A stretch of 63,224 nucleotides of DNA, the filler included, from Octopus bimaculoides (lineage: Eukaryota), in the NCBI RefSeq assembly GCF_001194135.2. It is 5 parts of 5 records of this genome, joined end to end, with 100 filler letters (N's around TTAATTAATTAA, not from the genome) between each part and the next. Parts side by side here need not be neighbours in the genome. Positions count along the whole stretch, not along the records: positions 1 to 9,094 come from NC_068998.1; positions 9,195 to 26,099 come from NC_068988.1; 3 more parts are not named here. The stretch is one strand, 5' to 3'. Of this stretch, positions 1 through 12,910 are shown in pieces (within the stretch, counting starts at the first letter, position 1; every line of letters starts with the position of its first letter). Below the pieces are notes generated by a model. The model was not told the DNA's origin. It searched no databases and saw only the letters and a list, made by a program, of their open reading frames with translations. Made by a program: the position numbers and the translations under genes.

Positions 1-472
1 ATCAAAACGTTAAGAACTGAAAGCGCTTGCACATCTATAAAGGCAAAGCCCACACAGATTTTGTGAAATCGCTTCCGAAAGGTTAGAGTCTTTCAACTTT
101 CTAAAAAGGTTCTTTTCTATTCACCGGGAAAACAGGGTAACTGGCCCTACAGGCTCGAGGGATCAAAACTGTAATGTCCAGGAGATTTACAACTATATTA
201 TGTTCTCGGAATATTCGACCACACTTAAAAAGAAATTGTCGCATATATTATGACACCGATTCCGTCTGAAAATTACGTTCTCGGTATATGTATCCGAGGA
301 GTACTCAGCCACTGGTCTCGTTAATGCAATGAAGAGTTAATTTCAGTTGATCAGATAACAGGAGAGTCATCGTCGAAACTGATGAAGATCCTTTGAATTT
401 CATTTCTCTCAAAGTATGGATATCCATGGCTGTTTGGGTGCATTTTATGTAAGCCTCCTCTGTGTGTATGTA

Positions 473-530
<58 letters not shown>

Positions 531-750
531 NNNNNNNNNNTCGGTCTCTTTCTCTCATTCCTTCTCTCTTTCTCTTTCTCTCTCTCTCTTGCTCTCTATC
601 TCTATCGCTACCTCTACCTCTGTGTCTATCTATCTCTATCTCTTTTCTCTTTCTCTCGCTCTCACTGCCTCTCTATCTATCTCTTTCCCTCCTTCGCATC
701 TTCTTATTATCACCGCCCACCTTTCCCTCTGTCTACCTCATTCTTCGTAG

Positions 751-799
<49 letters not shown>

Positions 800-1090
800 C
801 CGCACTCTCTCTCTCATACACACAAACGCATACACACACACACATTCTCACATGCATACACACACACTCTCTCTCACTCACACTCACTCTCCCACACTGT
901 TTGTCTATCTCCCCACCACACATACTCTCTCTCTCCCTCACACACACACACACACTATCTCTCTTTCTCTCTCACACACACACACACTCTCACGGACACA
1001 CATGCACACGCACTCTCTCACACACACACACTCAATCTCTCACACTCTTTGTCTATCTCTCCCCACACACACACTCACACACTCTCTCTA

Positions 1091-1134
<44 letters not shown>

Positions 1135-1688
1135 NNNNNNNNNNNNNNNNNNNNNNNNNNNNNNNNNNNNNNNNNNNNNNNNNNNNNNNNNNNNNNNNNN
1201 NNNNNNNNNNNNNNNNNNNNNNNNNNNNNNNNNNNNNNNNNNNNNNNNNNNNNNNNNNNNNNNNNNNNNNNNNNNNNNNNNNNNNNNNNNNNNNNNNNNN
1301 NNNNNNNNNNNNNNNNNNNNNNNNNNNNNNNNNNNNNNNNNNNNNNNNNNNNNNNNNTCCTTTCTTGTCTGTCTAGCGTTCTGTTTAATTGTTTACGCTT
1401 GCGTGTTTGTTTCTTTTTATGCATGTATGTATGTATGTATGTATGTATGTATGTACGTGTGTGTATATATGTGTGTATGAATGCGTACGTTTGTGTGTGT
1501 ATGTGTGTACGTGTGTGATTGTATTTCTTCGCTTATATGTATACGTATGTGTTTGTGTGTTTGCGTGTCTGTTTATGAGCTTATGTACAAATGTGTGTGT
1601 GTATTCATGTGTGTCTGTGTGTGTATGTGTATTTATTAGTTTACGTTATGTATTTGTGTACGTGTGCTTTCATGGATTTATCTGCTTA

Positions 1689-1721
<33 letters not shown>

Positions 1722-2372
1722 TTGTACTTGTCTGTGTGTGTGTTTCCGTCTATGTATGTGTGTATGTGTGTTTGCATATACGCCTGTGTGTCTATATGTA
1801 TTTTTGTGTGTGTATATGTGTTTGCGTGCAGGTGTGTGCGTTCATGCATTTATGCGCATGAATGTATGCGAATTTGTCTATGATTAAATGTGTGTGGATG
1901 TGTGTCTATGTATTCATCTACACATATGTTAGCATGTCTGTGGGGTAGATCCTTGTCATGTCGTAAGATTTGTTGTTGGGGTTATAGAAGACAGTATAGA
2001 GTCAAAACTATTGGAAAAGGTTGCGAGACGCATGGAAAATTTTAGAAAAATAAAAAAGAAATAAGTGGGAATTTTACCGGTGCATGTGATAAATTATAAG
2101 GCACCAAAACTGAATGACACTCCCCAGACACGACAGAATATGCTTCAACAAACAAACTTACATAAAGAATCTTGCAAACCAAATCCCAAAACGAAATCAA
2201 AAGAAGTAGTATATTGAAAAATAAACATATTTTTTAGGGGGACCATTTGTGATTTCAAGGGTCATGGGTTGAGAACCTTTGTTACAGAGCATCTCTTGAA
2301 GATGAAAATGGCTCATTGAGTTTTCCCATTCCAGTGAAAGAGCAATTATTCAAACTCAGAGAAAATAGCGAT

Positions 2373-2488
2373 AGCACGGTTCGGAACCTAATCGCCGGGT
2401 TTGAAAGAACTGGATCAGTCGGCGATCTTCCTGGGAAATGGTTCTAAGCGCACTGTGGACACTGATGCAGTGGTGGGAGTTCTACGAA
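2373..2488 (+). mobile_element. Tc1/mariner transposase N-terminal fragment (decayed)
   Basis: Translates STVRNLIAGFERTGSVGDLPGK, then after a frameshift GSKRTVDTDAVV. This matches the TVxxLxxKFxxTGSVxDxPxSGRxRT pattern after the HTH of Tc1/mariner transposases. It is cut by a SINE at about 2489. Confidence 0.55.
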
Positions 2489-2867
2489 AAGCTTAGTGGT
2501 ATTCCGGCTGTTGCAACGTTCTGAGTTCGAATTCCGCCGAGGTCGACTTTGCCTTTCATCCTTTCGGGGTCGCTTAAATAAGTTCCAGTTACGCACTGGA
2601 GTCGATATAATCGACTTAATCCCTTTGTCTGTCCTTGTTTGTCTCTTCTAGGTGTAACCCCTTGTGGGCAGTTAAAAAAATAAGAAATAAGCACGCCGGG
2701 CGAAATGGTTAGCGGTATTTCGTCTGTGTTTACGTTCTGAGTTCAAGTTCCACCAAGGTCGACTTTGCCTTTCATCCCTTCGAGATCGATAAATTAAGTA
2801 GCAGTTGCGTACTGGGGTTCGATCTAATCGACTGCCTCCTCCCCAAAAATTTCGGGCCTTGTGTCTA
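2489..2867 (+). mobile_element. Two tandem copies of SINE family A (tRNA-like head, GTCGACTTTGCCTTTCATCC core)
   Basis: Two head-to-tail copies of gttctgagttc(g/a)aattccgccgaggtcgactttgcctttcatcctttcggggtcg. The first has the tail ccctttgtctgtccttgtttg and the second has the tail ccccaaaaatttcgggccttgtg. Confidence 0.9.
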
Positions 2868-3723
2868 NNNNNNNNNNNNNNNNNNNNNNNNNNNNNNNNN
2901 NNNNNNNNNNNNNNNNNNNNNNNNNNNNNNNNNNNNNNNNNNNNNNNNNNNNNNNNNNNNNNNNNNNNNNNNNNNNNNNNNNNNNNNNNNNNNNNNNNNN
3001 NNNNNNNNNNNNNNNNNNNNNNNNNNNNNNNNNNNNNNNNNNNNNNNNNNNNNNNNNNNNNNNNNNNNNNNNNNNNNNNNNNNNNNNNNNNNNNNNNNNN
3101 NNNNNNNNNNNNNNNNNNNNNNNNNNNNNNNNNACCACCTCCACCACCCCTACCACCACCACCTCCACCACCCCTACCACCACCACCTCCACCACCATTA
3201 TATACGCCGTCATTATCAGACAATCTCAGCTACTTATAAAAGCCTTATCTGAAGTCTTTCAGAAAATAATAAATAACTTTTAGATTGTTTTGCTGTTGTT
3301 GTTGCTGTTGTTGAAGCTCCCAAGAGCCGACGTATTTACAATAGCCTAACACGCGCCCCTACCCCATCCCTGCACACACACAGATAATAAAATGCGCCAC
3401 CACCGCCTAGCTACCCGGCTCAAGTTCACACACCTGTATACTTTACTTATGCACCCTGGGTAGAAAGTATTCAAAGTTAAAACTTATATATGTATGTATG
3501 TGTCTGTCTGTGTGTATGTATGTGAATGCATATACATACGGATTGAAGTATGTATCTATATACGCATGTATGATATGCATGTGTTTACATAACTTATATA
3601 TGTATTATATACAAGTATATATATTTAGAAATGTTATATATATGTCTGTGTGTGCCTCTGCGTGTGTGTGTGTATGTATATATACATACTCATAGATAGA
3701 TAGACAGATACACGGATATATAC

Positions 3724-3755
<32 letters not shown>

Positions 3756-5778
3756 GGTGTACTAATATATATATCATCATCATCATCATCATCGTTAAAC
3801 GATGATGATGATGATGATGATATATATATATATTACTACACCATCGATTTTCAGGTATCCTTAATTCTAAAGCCATGAGGGACAATCCGTGATCAAGAAA
3901 TGATATTTCTTTACTAGTTATACACCTCTAATGTTACAGATAACACTCAGCTTTACACACTGAAATACTACACTCCACTTGTACTTCTATTTGCGGTGAC
4001 ATCCACCCGAGTTGGGTTGAGCTGGCTCCGACCAACGACTTCCCCAAGCCCCTCACGACGCTGATCACATCCGACGGTCGGCCCCAACATTCCAGCAGGT
4101 AAAATAATGCTTGTGTCTGCAACCCAAAATTCCAGCTTGCAAATTTAACAAATGCCCCTCTGCAGACAAAACGCCTCGGATAGCGCGGACACGGCAACCG
4201 CAGTTCGTCGTTCGCCCTTGAGGAATAGGGTTCATGTTTGGAGTTTCCGTAAGAGCACGAGTTCACATGTGATCCCTGGTCACGTGCATAAACACTTTGA
4301 GATAGCTTGATTCGTGGCAGCTCAACTTGCCGTCGATTGTCGACCGTTGCAGAGGAATCACTGACCAAATCCCTGCAGATTATGGAAACAGACGTGCCCT
4401 GAGTTTGAAGCGAGTGGTACCCGTGCTAGTTAACCCATAGCCGAGACCCTAAGAGAGGCTACTATTCTTGTTCAGAGCAGACCTGGGAACAATAGTGGTC
4501 AAGTTATTCCACGCTCCTCAGAACTTTGGGACTTTCCTACCAAGGCCCCCCACAAGTGGATGCAGCTTAAAGTCTTATCCACGATTCTACATTATCGATC
4601 GATATTAATTGATGTTTACCTTTGACATTGTTGCAGATGTTCTCAATTCTCTTCCCTGTAGTAGCCATAGATAAGGGTAACTTTATGCTAATAAGCTGAG
4701 GAACACTCGAAATTTTTATTTCGCCAATAACAAGCGCAGTGTAAATAATGGATGAGAACACACGACGCCACCTGTGGACGTGTAAAGAACTAGATTGCGG
4801 TCAGAGGAATTTCAATTTTCTGCTCGTATTACATCCGGATTAAAAGAGGCGCTGGGTCATCAGCTGCCGTGAAGTCAGTGGTGTTGTGTTATGCACTGCA
4901 GTCTATTATTACAAGTTATGGCGGCAAAAGAGGGAACGCGTAAACGAAGAATTAGGCAAATGAATATTTAGGATAGAAAAAAAAACGGAAAAGGGAAAGT
5001 AAAAATGAAAAAGGAGGAGAGGAAGAAGGGGAGGAGGATAAGGAGGAGGAGGATAAGGAGGAGGAGGAGGAGGAGGNNNNNNNNNNNNNNNNNNNNNNNN
5101 NNNNNNNNNNNNNNNNNNNNNNNNNNNNNNNNNNNNNNNNNNNNNNNNNNNNNNNNNNNNNNNNNNNNNNNNNNNNNNNNNNNNNNNNNNNNNNNNNNNN
5201 NNNNNNNNNNNNNNNNNNNNNNNNNNNNNNNNNNNNNNNNNNNNNNNNNNNNNNNNNNNNNNNNNNNNNNNNNNNNNNNNNNNNNNNNNNNNNNNNNNNN
5301 NNNNNNNNNNNNNNNNNNNNNNNNNNNNNNNNNNNNNNNNNNNNNNNNNNNNNNNNNNNNNNNNNNNNNNNNNNNNNNNNNNNNNNNNNNNNNNNNNNNN
5401 NNNNNNNNNNNNNNNNNNNNNNNNNNNNNNNNNNNNNNNNNNNNNNNNNNNNNNNNNNNNNNNNNNNNNNNNNNNNNNNNNNNNNNNNNNNNNNNNNNNN
5501 NNNNNNNNNNNNNNNNNNNNNNNNNNNNNNNNNNNNNNNNNNNNNNNNNNNNNNNNNNNNNNNNNNNNNNNNNNNNNNNNNNNNNNNNNNNNNNNNNNNN
5601 NNNNNNNNNNNNNNNNNNNNNNNNNNNNNNNNNNNNNNNNNNNNNNNNNNNNNNNNNNNNNNNNNNNNNNNNNNNNNNNNNNNNNNNNNNNNNNNNNNNN
5701 NNNNNNNNNNNNNNNNNNNNNNNNNNNNNNNNNNNNNNNNNNNNNNNNNNNNNNNNNNNNNNNNNNNNNNNNNNNNNN

Positions 5779-5844
<66 letters not shown>

Positions 5845-5934
5845 CCTCTCTGGCGACCGAACCAAACACAAAACAGACCACCCAGTGAGGTGACCCTGTT
5901 GGCTTCTTTTACATGTATTTATCTTAGAGGATTA

Positions 5935-5965
<31 letters not shown>

Positions 5966-6671
5966 GTAGTAGTGGTAATTTGTTGTTATTGTTGTTGTTG
6001 CTGCTGCTGCGGTTGTTGTTGCTGCTGCTGCTGTTGTTGTTGTTGCTGTTGTTCCATTAGACATATGTCTTACAATGTCGTTTACTAGAAACCAGCTGCA
6101 ACGCTTATTTTGACAAGTAGCATAAATTATCTATTTAGTAACATAAAGAGAAGGTAAGACCGGGAGACAGAGAGAGAGAGAGAGAGAGAGAATCATGTGT
6201 GTAGATAGATAGAGAAAGAGTGAGAGTGAAAGAGTGAGAGTGAGAGAGTGAGAGAGGGTTGTTTTAATACAAGTAGTTGCACACAAGACATAAGAATGAA
6301 ATCCTTAATGCAACAAGAGAAGGCGTAAAATATTTATCATCAGACGATGCAAAAGGTGAAACTCGGATTTAATGTATGTTTGTATGTATAGATAGATAGA
6401 TAGATAGATAGATAGGCAGACGGATAGACAGATAGATATCTTTTTATTATGGCCACACAAGGCTAAATACAGAAAGTGGACAAAATACAATGTAGAGTCT
6501 GCATGCTTCGTTCGACACCACTCCCGCGCAGCCTTGCTCCAAGTTTCTTGTTTATTATTTATTAATTTCATATATTTAATAGAAATGTTCAGCGTTTAAA
6601 TATTGATTTTTTAACTTTGGTATAACCCTCTCTATTATAGGAACAAAGACTTTTGGTGGTGGTGGTGGAGG

Positions 6672-6843
6672 AGGATAATTGATTACATTGACCCCAGTAC
6701 ATGACTGGTATTTATTTCCTCGACCCCCGAAAGGATGAAAGGTAAAGTCGACCTCAGCGGAATTTGAACTCAGAACATAAGGACAAATGAAATGTGCTAA
6801 CAAGCATTTTGTCCGACGCGCTACCGAATCTACCAGCTCACTG
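6672..6843 (-). mobile_element. SINE family A copy
   Basis: Reverse-complement core tcgacccccgaaaggatgaaaggtaaagtcgacctcagcggaatttgaactcagaac. Confidence 0.9.
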
Positions 6844-7164
6844 GCTCTGACTTTGGCCTCATGTCATGAATTAGATGTTGGGGCATAGAGCAATAAATCG
6901 ATACATCTATTTAACTGGTATTTCAATCTATCGAACTACGATTGGACATCAGATTGCTTGAGTTTCGTACAATTGATGACGTCAATGAGGAAGCGGGCAA
7001 GATACCAAACTTTATGTTCTGCGTTCAAATTTTGCCTCGGTCGTTTCTATCTTTCGGGTTTTGGAACCACCTGATGAAATAATTAACAAAGGAATTTTAC
7101 AGTTCTATATTTGAGAGATGAGGAATTACGTACATTATTTAAATTACAAAGGGCCAGCCTTGTA

Positions 7165-7302
7165 TTTCAAAGTATTTCAAAGGGCCAGCCTTGTCACACT
7201 CTGTGTCACGCTGAATCTCCCCAACGTTAAGGGTACACGTGTCTGTGGAGTGCTCAGCCAGATGCACGTTAATTTCACGAGCAGGCCGTTCCGTTGATCG
7301 TA
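7165..7302 (+). mobile_element. SINE family B, 3' part (cut by gap)
   Basis: gggccagccttgtcacactctgtgtcacgctg...gtgtctgtggagtgctcagcc...cacgagcaggc, collinear with the full copy at 50705-51085. Confidence 0.9.
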
Positions 7303-8132
7303 NNNNNNNNNNNNNNNNNNNNNNNNNNNNNNNNNNNNNNNNNNNNNNNNNNNNNNNNNNNNNNNNNNNNNNNNNNNNNNNNNNNNNNNNNNNNNNNNNN
7401 NNNNNNNNNNNNNNNNNNNNNNNNNNNNNNNNNNNNNNNNNNNNNNNNNNNNNNNNNNNNNNNNNNNNNNNNNNNNNNNNNNNNNNNNNNNNNNNNNNNN
7501 NNNNNNNNNNNNNNNNNNNNNNNNNNNNNNNNNNNNNNNNNNNNNNNNNNNNNNNNNNNNNNNNNNNNNNNNNNNNNNNNNNNNNNNNNNNNNNNNNNNN
7601 NNNNNNNNNNNNNNNNNNNNNNNNNNNNNNNNNNNNNNNNNNNNNNNNNNNNNNNNNNNNNNNNNNNNNNNNNNNNNNNNNNNNNNNNNNNNNNNNNNNN
7701 NNNNNNNNNNNNNNNNNNNNNNNNNNNNNNNNNNNNNNNNNNNNNNNNNNNNNNNNNNNNNNNNNNNNNNNNNNNNNNNNNNNNNNNNNNNNNNNNNNNN
7801 NNNNNNNNNNNNNNNNNNNNNNNNNNNNNNNNNNNNNNNNNNNNNNNNNNNNNNNNNNNNNNNNNNNNNNNNNNNNNNNNNNNNNNNNNNNNNNNNNNNN
7901 NNNNNNNNNNNNNNNNNNNNNNNNNNNNNNNNNNNNNNNNNNNNNNNNNNNNNNNNNNNNNNNNNNNNNNNNNNNTGTCACCGCAGGGAGGGAAGTGCTT
8001 AGGTGTGTGTGTGTGTGTATGGGCGTGTGCTTTGTAGTCCCTGGCAATTTTGGGGGCTGGACATTTATCTTTAGATATGGTATTGTTGTTCTTGTCGGCT
8101 TATGGAGCTGTTATCTTTCTGTTTGTCGACGA

Positions 8133-8309
8133 TGGTGATGACGATGATGATGATGATGATGACGATGATGACGATGATGATGACGGTAACGATGGTGATG
8201 ATGATAATGACGATGATGACAATGATAATGACGATGACGATGGTGATGATGAAGATGATGATGATGATGATGATGATGACAACGAAGATGACGATGATGG
8301 TGAAGATGG

Positions 8310-8351
<42 letters not shown>

Positions 8352-8360
8352 CGATGATGA
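8133..8360. repeat. (GAT/GAC)n trinucleotide microsatellite
   Basis: Direct. It explains the poly-D, poly-M, poly-S and poly-H ORFs at 8050-8559. Confidence 0.95.
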
Positions 8361-8435
8361 GTATAGTGGTACTTGTGGTGTTGGCAGTGGTTTTGGTGCT
8401 GGTGATTATGTTGACGCTTCATTGTTTTATCCTTT

Positions 8436-8650
8436 CGGCTGCGAACTGGCAGAACATTTAGCACACCGGACCAAATGCTTAACAGTATTTCGTCCGTCTT
8501 CACATTCCGAGTTCAAATTCCGCCGAGATCGACTTTGCCTTTCATCTTTTCAGAATTGATGAAATAAGTACCAGTTGTACTACTGGAGTCGATGTAATAG
8601 ACTAGTCCCCATCCCGCAAAATTTTCAGCCTCGTACCTAGAACTGAAAGG
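8436..8650 (+). mobile_element. SINE family A copy
   Basis: Head ggctgcgaactggcagaacatttagcacaccgg, B-box-like gagttcaaattcc, core gatcgactttgcctttcatc. Confidence 0.9.
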
Positions 8651-8711
8651 ATTAACATTGAGATGTCTATCTGAGTCAACGTAATATGTGCGCATACACG
8701 TATGTATAATG

Positions 8712-8907
8712 CTGTGTCGTAAGACCGCGGTTTCGATTCCCAGACCGGACGTTGTGAGTGCTTATTGAGCGAAAACACCTAAAGCTCCACGAAGCTCTGG
8801 CAGGGGGTGGTGGGGAACCCTGCTGTACTCTTTCGCCACAACTTTCTCTCACTCTTTCTTCCTGTGTCTGTTGTGCCTGTATTTCAAAGGGCCAGCCTTG
8901 TTACACT
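8712..8907 (+). mobile_element. SINE family B, 5' half
   Basis: cgcggtttcgattcccagaccggacgttgtgagtgcttattgagcgaaaacacctaaagctccacg matches 63032-63224. Confidence 0.9.
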
Positions 8908-9138
8908 CTTTACGAATGGTGGAGTTAAAGAGATAAAGGCTTGGAATTTTCTGTTTCAGTTTAGTCGCCTAAACATGGAGCACTTTCAAAAGGTAATTAA
9001 CATGTGGCGCCCCCTTCGTTTTCGATTTGGTGCGAGGTTTTCCACTTTTTTCTCGCGTTCTCTATCTTTTTTCACACACACATTATCACTGGCTNNNNNN
9101 NNNNNNNNNNNNNNNNNNNNNNNNNNNNNNNNNNNNNN

Positions 9139-9150
9139 TTAATTAATTAA
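9139..9150. other. Assembly spacer TTAATTAATTAA inside a 100-bp gap (also at 26144-26155, 39491-39502 and 61255-61266)
   Basis: The identical 12-mer is flanked by exactly 44 N on each side at four sites and gives stops in all six frames. It is not biological. Confidence 0.95.
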
Positions 9151-9321
9151 NNNNNNNNNNNNNNNNNNNNNNNNNNNNNNNNNNNNNNNNNNNNTATATA
9201 TATATATATATATATATACATACGTACACACATCCACACACACATATATACATACATACATACATACATACATACATACATACATTCACTTATGTTTAGT
9301 ATTCCAGGCATATGTAAGGCA

Positions 9322-9506
9322 GCAGCTAGCAGGATCGTTACTAAGTCGGACAAAATGATTTACGACATATCGTCCGTCTCTTCTTTCTGAGCTCAACTTC
9401 CACTGTGGTTGACTATGCCTTTCATCCTCTTGGGGTCGATGAAATAAGCAATCAACTAACGTCCACCCCTTAAATTTCAGGCCTTGTGCCTGTAGCAAAA
9501 GGTAGT
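9322..9506 (+). mobile_element. SINE family A copy (diverged)
   Basis: gttgactatgcctttcatcctcttggggtcgatgaaataag...aaatttcaggccttgtgcc. Confidence 0.8.
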
Positions 9507-9546
9507 ATCTAGACAAAATGCTTCCTGACAGTTGTTCCGATCTCAC

Positions 9547-9597
9547 GTTTCTGATGAAAGGATATAATAAATATCCTGAAAACAGCTGTAAGACCTT
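9547..9597 (+). ncRNA. Hammerhead ribozyme motif, type I, Penelope-like (slightly degenerate)
   Basis: CTGATGA at 9551-9557, a 7-bp stem II aggatat/atatcct, GAAA at 9580-9583, palindromic acagctgt, a GTA cleavage triplet, and stem I gttt/agac. There is one extra A after each core half. Confidence 0.6.
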
Positions 9598-9807
9598 CTA
9601 TTTATAAATGTTCTAAAATCTTCAGAGCCTTGGTTTTTTATCTCATTCTGAAGTTTTTTTTTATATATACACATGTTGATATATGACCTACGTTGAACTC
9701 CTTATTCGCATAATCACCGAACCTGGAGCTTAACTATAGTCTGTCCATAGCACTTACACAGCATTACCTGACACCTTTGGGTCTCATTGACAACATTACC
9801 TCACATA

Positions 9808-9846
<39 letters not shown>

Positions 9847-11456
9847 NNNNNNNNNNNNNNNNNNNNNNNNNNNNNNNNNNNNNNNNNNNNNNNNNNNNNN
9901 NNNNNNNNNNNNNNNNNNNNNNNNNNNNNNNNNNNNNNNNNNNNNNNNNNNNNNNNNNNNNNNNNNNNNNNNNNNNNNNNNNNNNNNNNNNNNNNNNNNN
10001 NNNNNNNNNNNNNNNNNNNNNNNNNNNNNNNNNNNNNNNNNNNNNNNNNNNNNNNNNNNNNNNNNNNNNNNNNNNNNNNNNNNNNNNNNNNNNNNNNNNN
10101 NNNNNNNNNNNNNNNNNNNNNNNNNNNNNNNNNNNNNNNNNNNNNNNNNNNNNNNNNNNNNNNNNNNNNNNNNNNNNNNNNNNNNNNNNNNNNNNNNNNN
10201 NNNNNNNNNNNNNNNNNNNNNNNNNNNNNNNNNNNNNNNNNNNNNNNNNNNNNNNNNNNNNNNNNNNNNNNNNNNNNNNNNNNNNNNNNNNNNNNNNNNN
10301 NNNNNNNNNNNNNNNNNNNNNNNNNNNNNNNNNNNNNNNNNNNNNNNNNNNNNNNNNNNNNNNNNNNNNNNNNNNNNNNNNNNNNNNNNNNNNNNNNNNN
10401 NNNNNNNNNNNNNNNNNNNNNNNNNNNNNNNNNNNNNNNTATATATATATATATATATTAAATATAAAAACATATAATCTACATACAGATTACGAAATTT
10501 CCCTTGAAATGTAATACTTCTTAAAATGTAATTCTTCTTTGAATCCAATAGTTTCTTAATATAGACGATTATAGTTAGTGAAGAATAATTCTGGAAATAG
10601 AACACTTATTCCCCTCCTTATCATATACTAAAAAATGTGTCTATACGAAGAATTAATATATTGATATAATGCTTTGGTTTTCCAACTATTTTCTCAGTGT
10701 TTTATTCGGCCACGATATGTGCTTAAAATATACGATTTTGTTATTAATATCCTTTTGAGTTTCTTGTAATTCAAAATTTATCAGACTGTAAAATTTACAG
10801 GTAATTTTTATTATTAGCAGAATCGAACCCTACTTCAAACTCATACGTTGTACCATTCAGAAAATTAATTTTATGACAAGTAACGCACCAAGGTTGGTGA
10901 AAACGCAACAGAAAAATTCCTATAGGCAACCACCACTCCTATCTTCCACATGGATGTTTATTTATTCCCATTTTGGAAGTGACTTCTACTACGCTTTCAT
11001 GCTAACCAATAATGTACGAGTAGAATTAGGTAGGTGAAATATGTCCAGAACTTTGTTATGTATACACTTACACTCACGCACAAATACTTATATATGACTA
11101 TAAGTATCCATTTTTTTTTTAAATTCAAGCAGACATAGGTCTAAAATCTAGTGCTATTGACTATTTTCTTTCCTTCTATATCCCAGGGACATAGAATGTT
11201 TGCTGAAAAGAGACAGATGAAGTAAGTGTCAGACTAAAAGAGTCACATGCGTCTGTATGATCAGTTAAAGACTAGGAAAATATTGTCCAAACTATCCACA
11301 GTCCAATGACTGAAACCAGTTAAAGAGTACAAAATAATATAATATAATATGATATAATATAGTATAATATGATATATTTTATTGTCTTATACTGTACTAA
11401 ACTACACCATCCTATACTGTACTATACTATATTATTCTATATTACATTATATCATA

Positions 11457-11890
11457 TGGCGGCGAGCTAAAAGAACTGTTAGCACGCCAGGCGAAATGCT
11501 TAGCGGCAATTTGGCCGTCTTTACGATCTGAGTTCACATTCCACCGAGGTCGACTTTGCCTTTCATTCTTAAAGAGTCGATAGTATAAGTACCACTTGAG
11601 CACTCGGATCGATGTAATTAACTTACCCTCTTCTCCCACCCTGAAGAGATGGACTTGTCCTAAAATATGAAATATTACAAGGCGGCGAGGTGGCAGTGTC
11701 GTTTGAACGCCGGGCAACATACTTAGCGGCATTTCGTCTGTCAGCACGTTAGAGTTCAAATTCACCTGAGGTTGACTTTGTTTTCATCCTTTCGAGATCG
11801 ATAAAATAAGTACCAGTTGAGTACACGTGTCGATGTAATTGACTTACCCACTTTCCCAAAGCAGCTGGTTATATGCCAAAATCTGAGACC
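11457..11890 (+). mobile_element. Two tandem SINE family A copies
   Basis: Heads ggcggcgagctaaaagaactgttagcacgccagg and ggcggcgaggtggcagtgtcgtttgaacgccggg, each followed by the family core. Confidence 0.9.
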
Positions 11891-12259
11891 TATATTAAAT
11901 TATATATTAGATAATATTATATATACATATATGTGTATGCGTCTGTGTGTGTAAGTATCTGTATCATGTATATAGATTGATAGATAGGTACACACATGCA
12001 TATGTAAATATATATATGTATGTGTGTGTATTTGTGTGTAAAGAAATATATACATGTATATATATACATTGAAACTCGGAGTTTTATAATGGCTACTAAA
12101 TAAGTGTCACACATTTTTACAGATAAATTCCTCTATTTACATGATATCGAGGTCTCTTTCTTTCTTTTGTTGCCCTTCCTGCCAAATATATATAAACAAT
12201 CTAACACTTTACACACACATGTATATATAAATATATGTATATATATACATATATATGTG

Positions 12260-12302
<43 letters not shown>

Positions 12303-12834
12303 TTGTACGCCTTAGCTTATTCTTAACACTACATGTAATATTTAACCAGGTACAAAACCTATCGCATGGACAGGCCGTGAGCGACTAAATCTACAACATT
12401 ACCATATTTACTTGGAAAGAAAGATGATTTTCGTTGACACCCTACGGCACGAAGACAAAACCTGTGAAAAAGCGAATAAACTTCGAAGTGTCAACGACCA
12501 TACAACAGCTGAGAGTGAAGGAACTCTAGTCTTTGTGTAAATATGTCTGTAGGAGAGAGAAACGTGGATTAGCTCTTCGTTTTAGGGCACAAGCATACGT
12601 TGTTCAGACAGTGGAAATAGTAATGTGCAGGGCTATTTTTCGCTTTAAAAATCCGCTGACACAGGTATCGTTAGATATTTAACATCTTTATTATTTGGCG
12701 TGTAATATGGCTGGTTGTAGCCGATAAAGGCGAAACGCGCGAAGAAACATTTCGTAATGGAATGAAACCATGTGTAGGCGTAACGGGTAACCTCTCCGTA
12801 TACGTATTGTAAAAGGTGAACATCGTTGCCTCAC

Positions 12835-12910
12835 CCGTGTAAAACAGTGAAAGACTTAGTATTGCCAGGGTTGTAGTCAAGAATATCAAATTGTTTTACA
12901 GGAAAACAGA
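12835..12910 (-). CDS. Candidate internal coding exon, unknown protein (xCFPVKQFDILDYNPGNTKSFTVLHG)
   Basis: Acceptor tttatttgatttatag|TC and donor CACGG|gtgagg. Only one of three frames is open. No homology recognised. Confidence 0.3.

Noticed and set aside
416-1883. Long ORFs (poly-CV, poly-SL, poly-HT) and all similar ORF-track entries
   Set aside because: They are translations of (CA)n, (CT)n, (TA)n and trinucleotide microsatellites or run through N gaps, and have no coding signal.
1935-2285. Possible hAT-type MITE ending in ggttgagaacc
   Set aside because: No matching left terminal inverted repeat or target-site duplication was found.
9095-9194. Recurrent TTAATTAATTAA palindrome as a biological motif
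   Set aside because: It is always centred in exactly 44 N + 12 + 44 N, so it is a scaffolding spacer with six-frame stops. Order and distance across these joins are uncertain.
12705-12745. gccgataaaggcGAAACgcgcg as a hammerhead
   Set aside because: There is no CUGANGA at the required position and no stem I.
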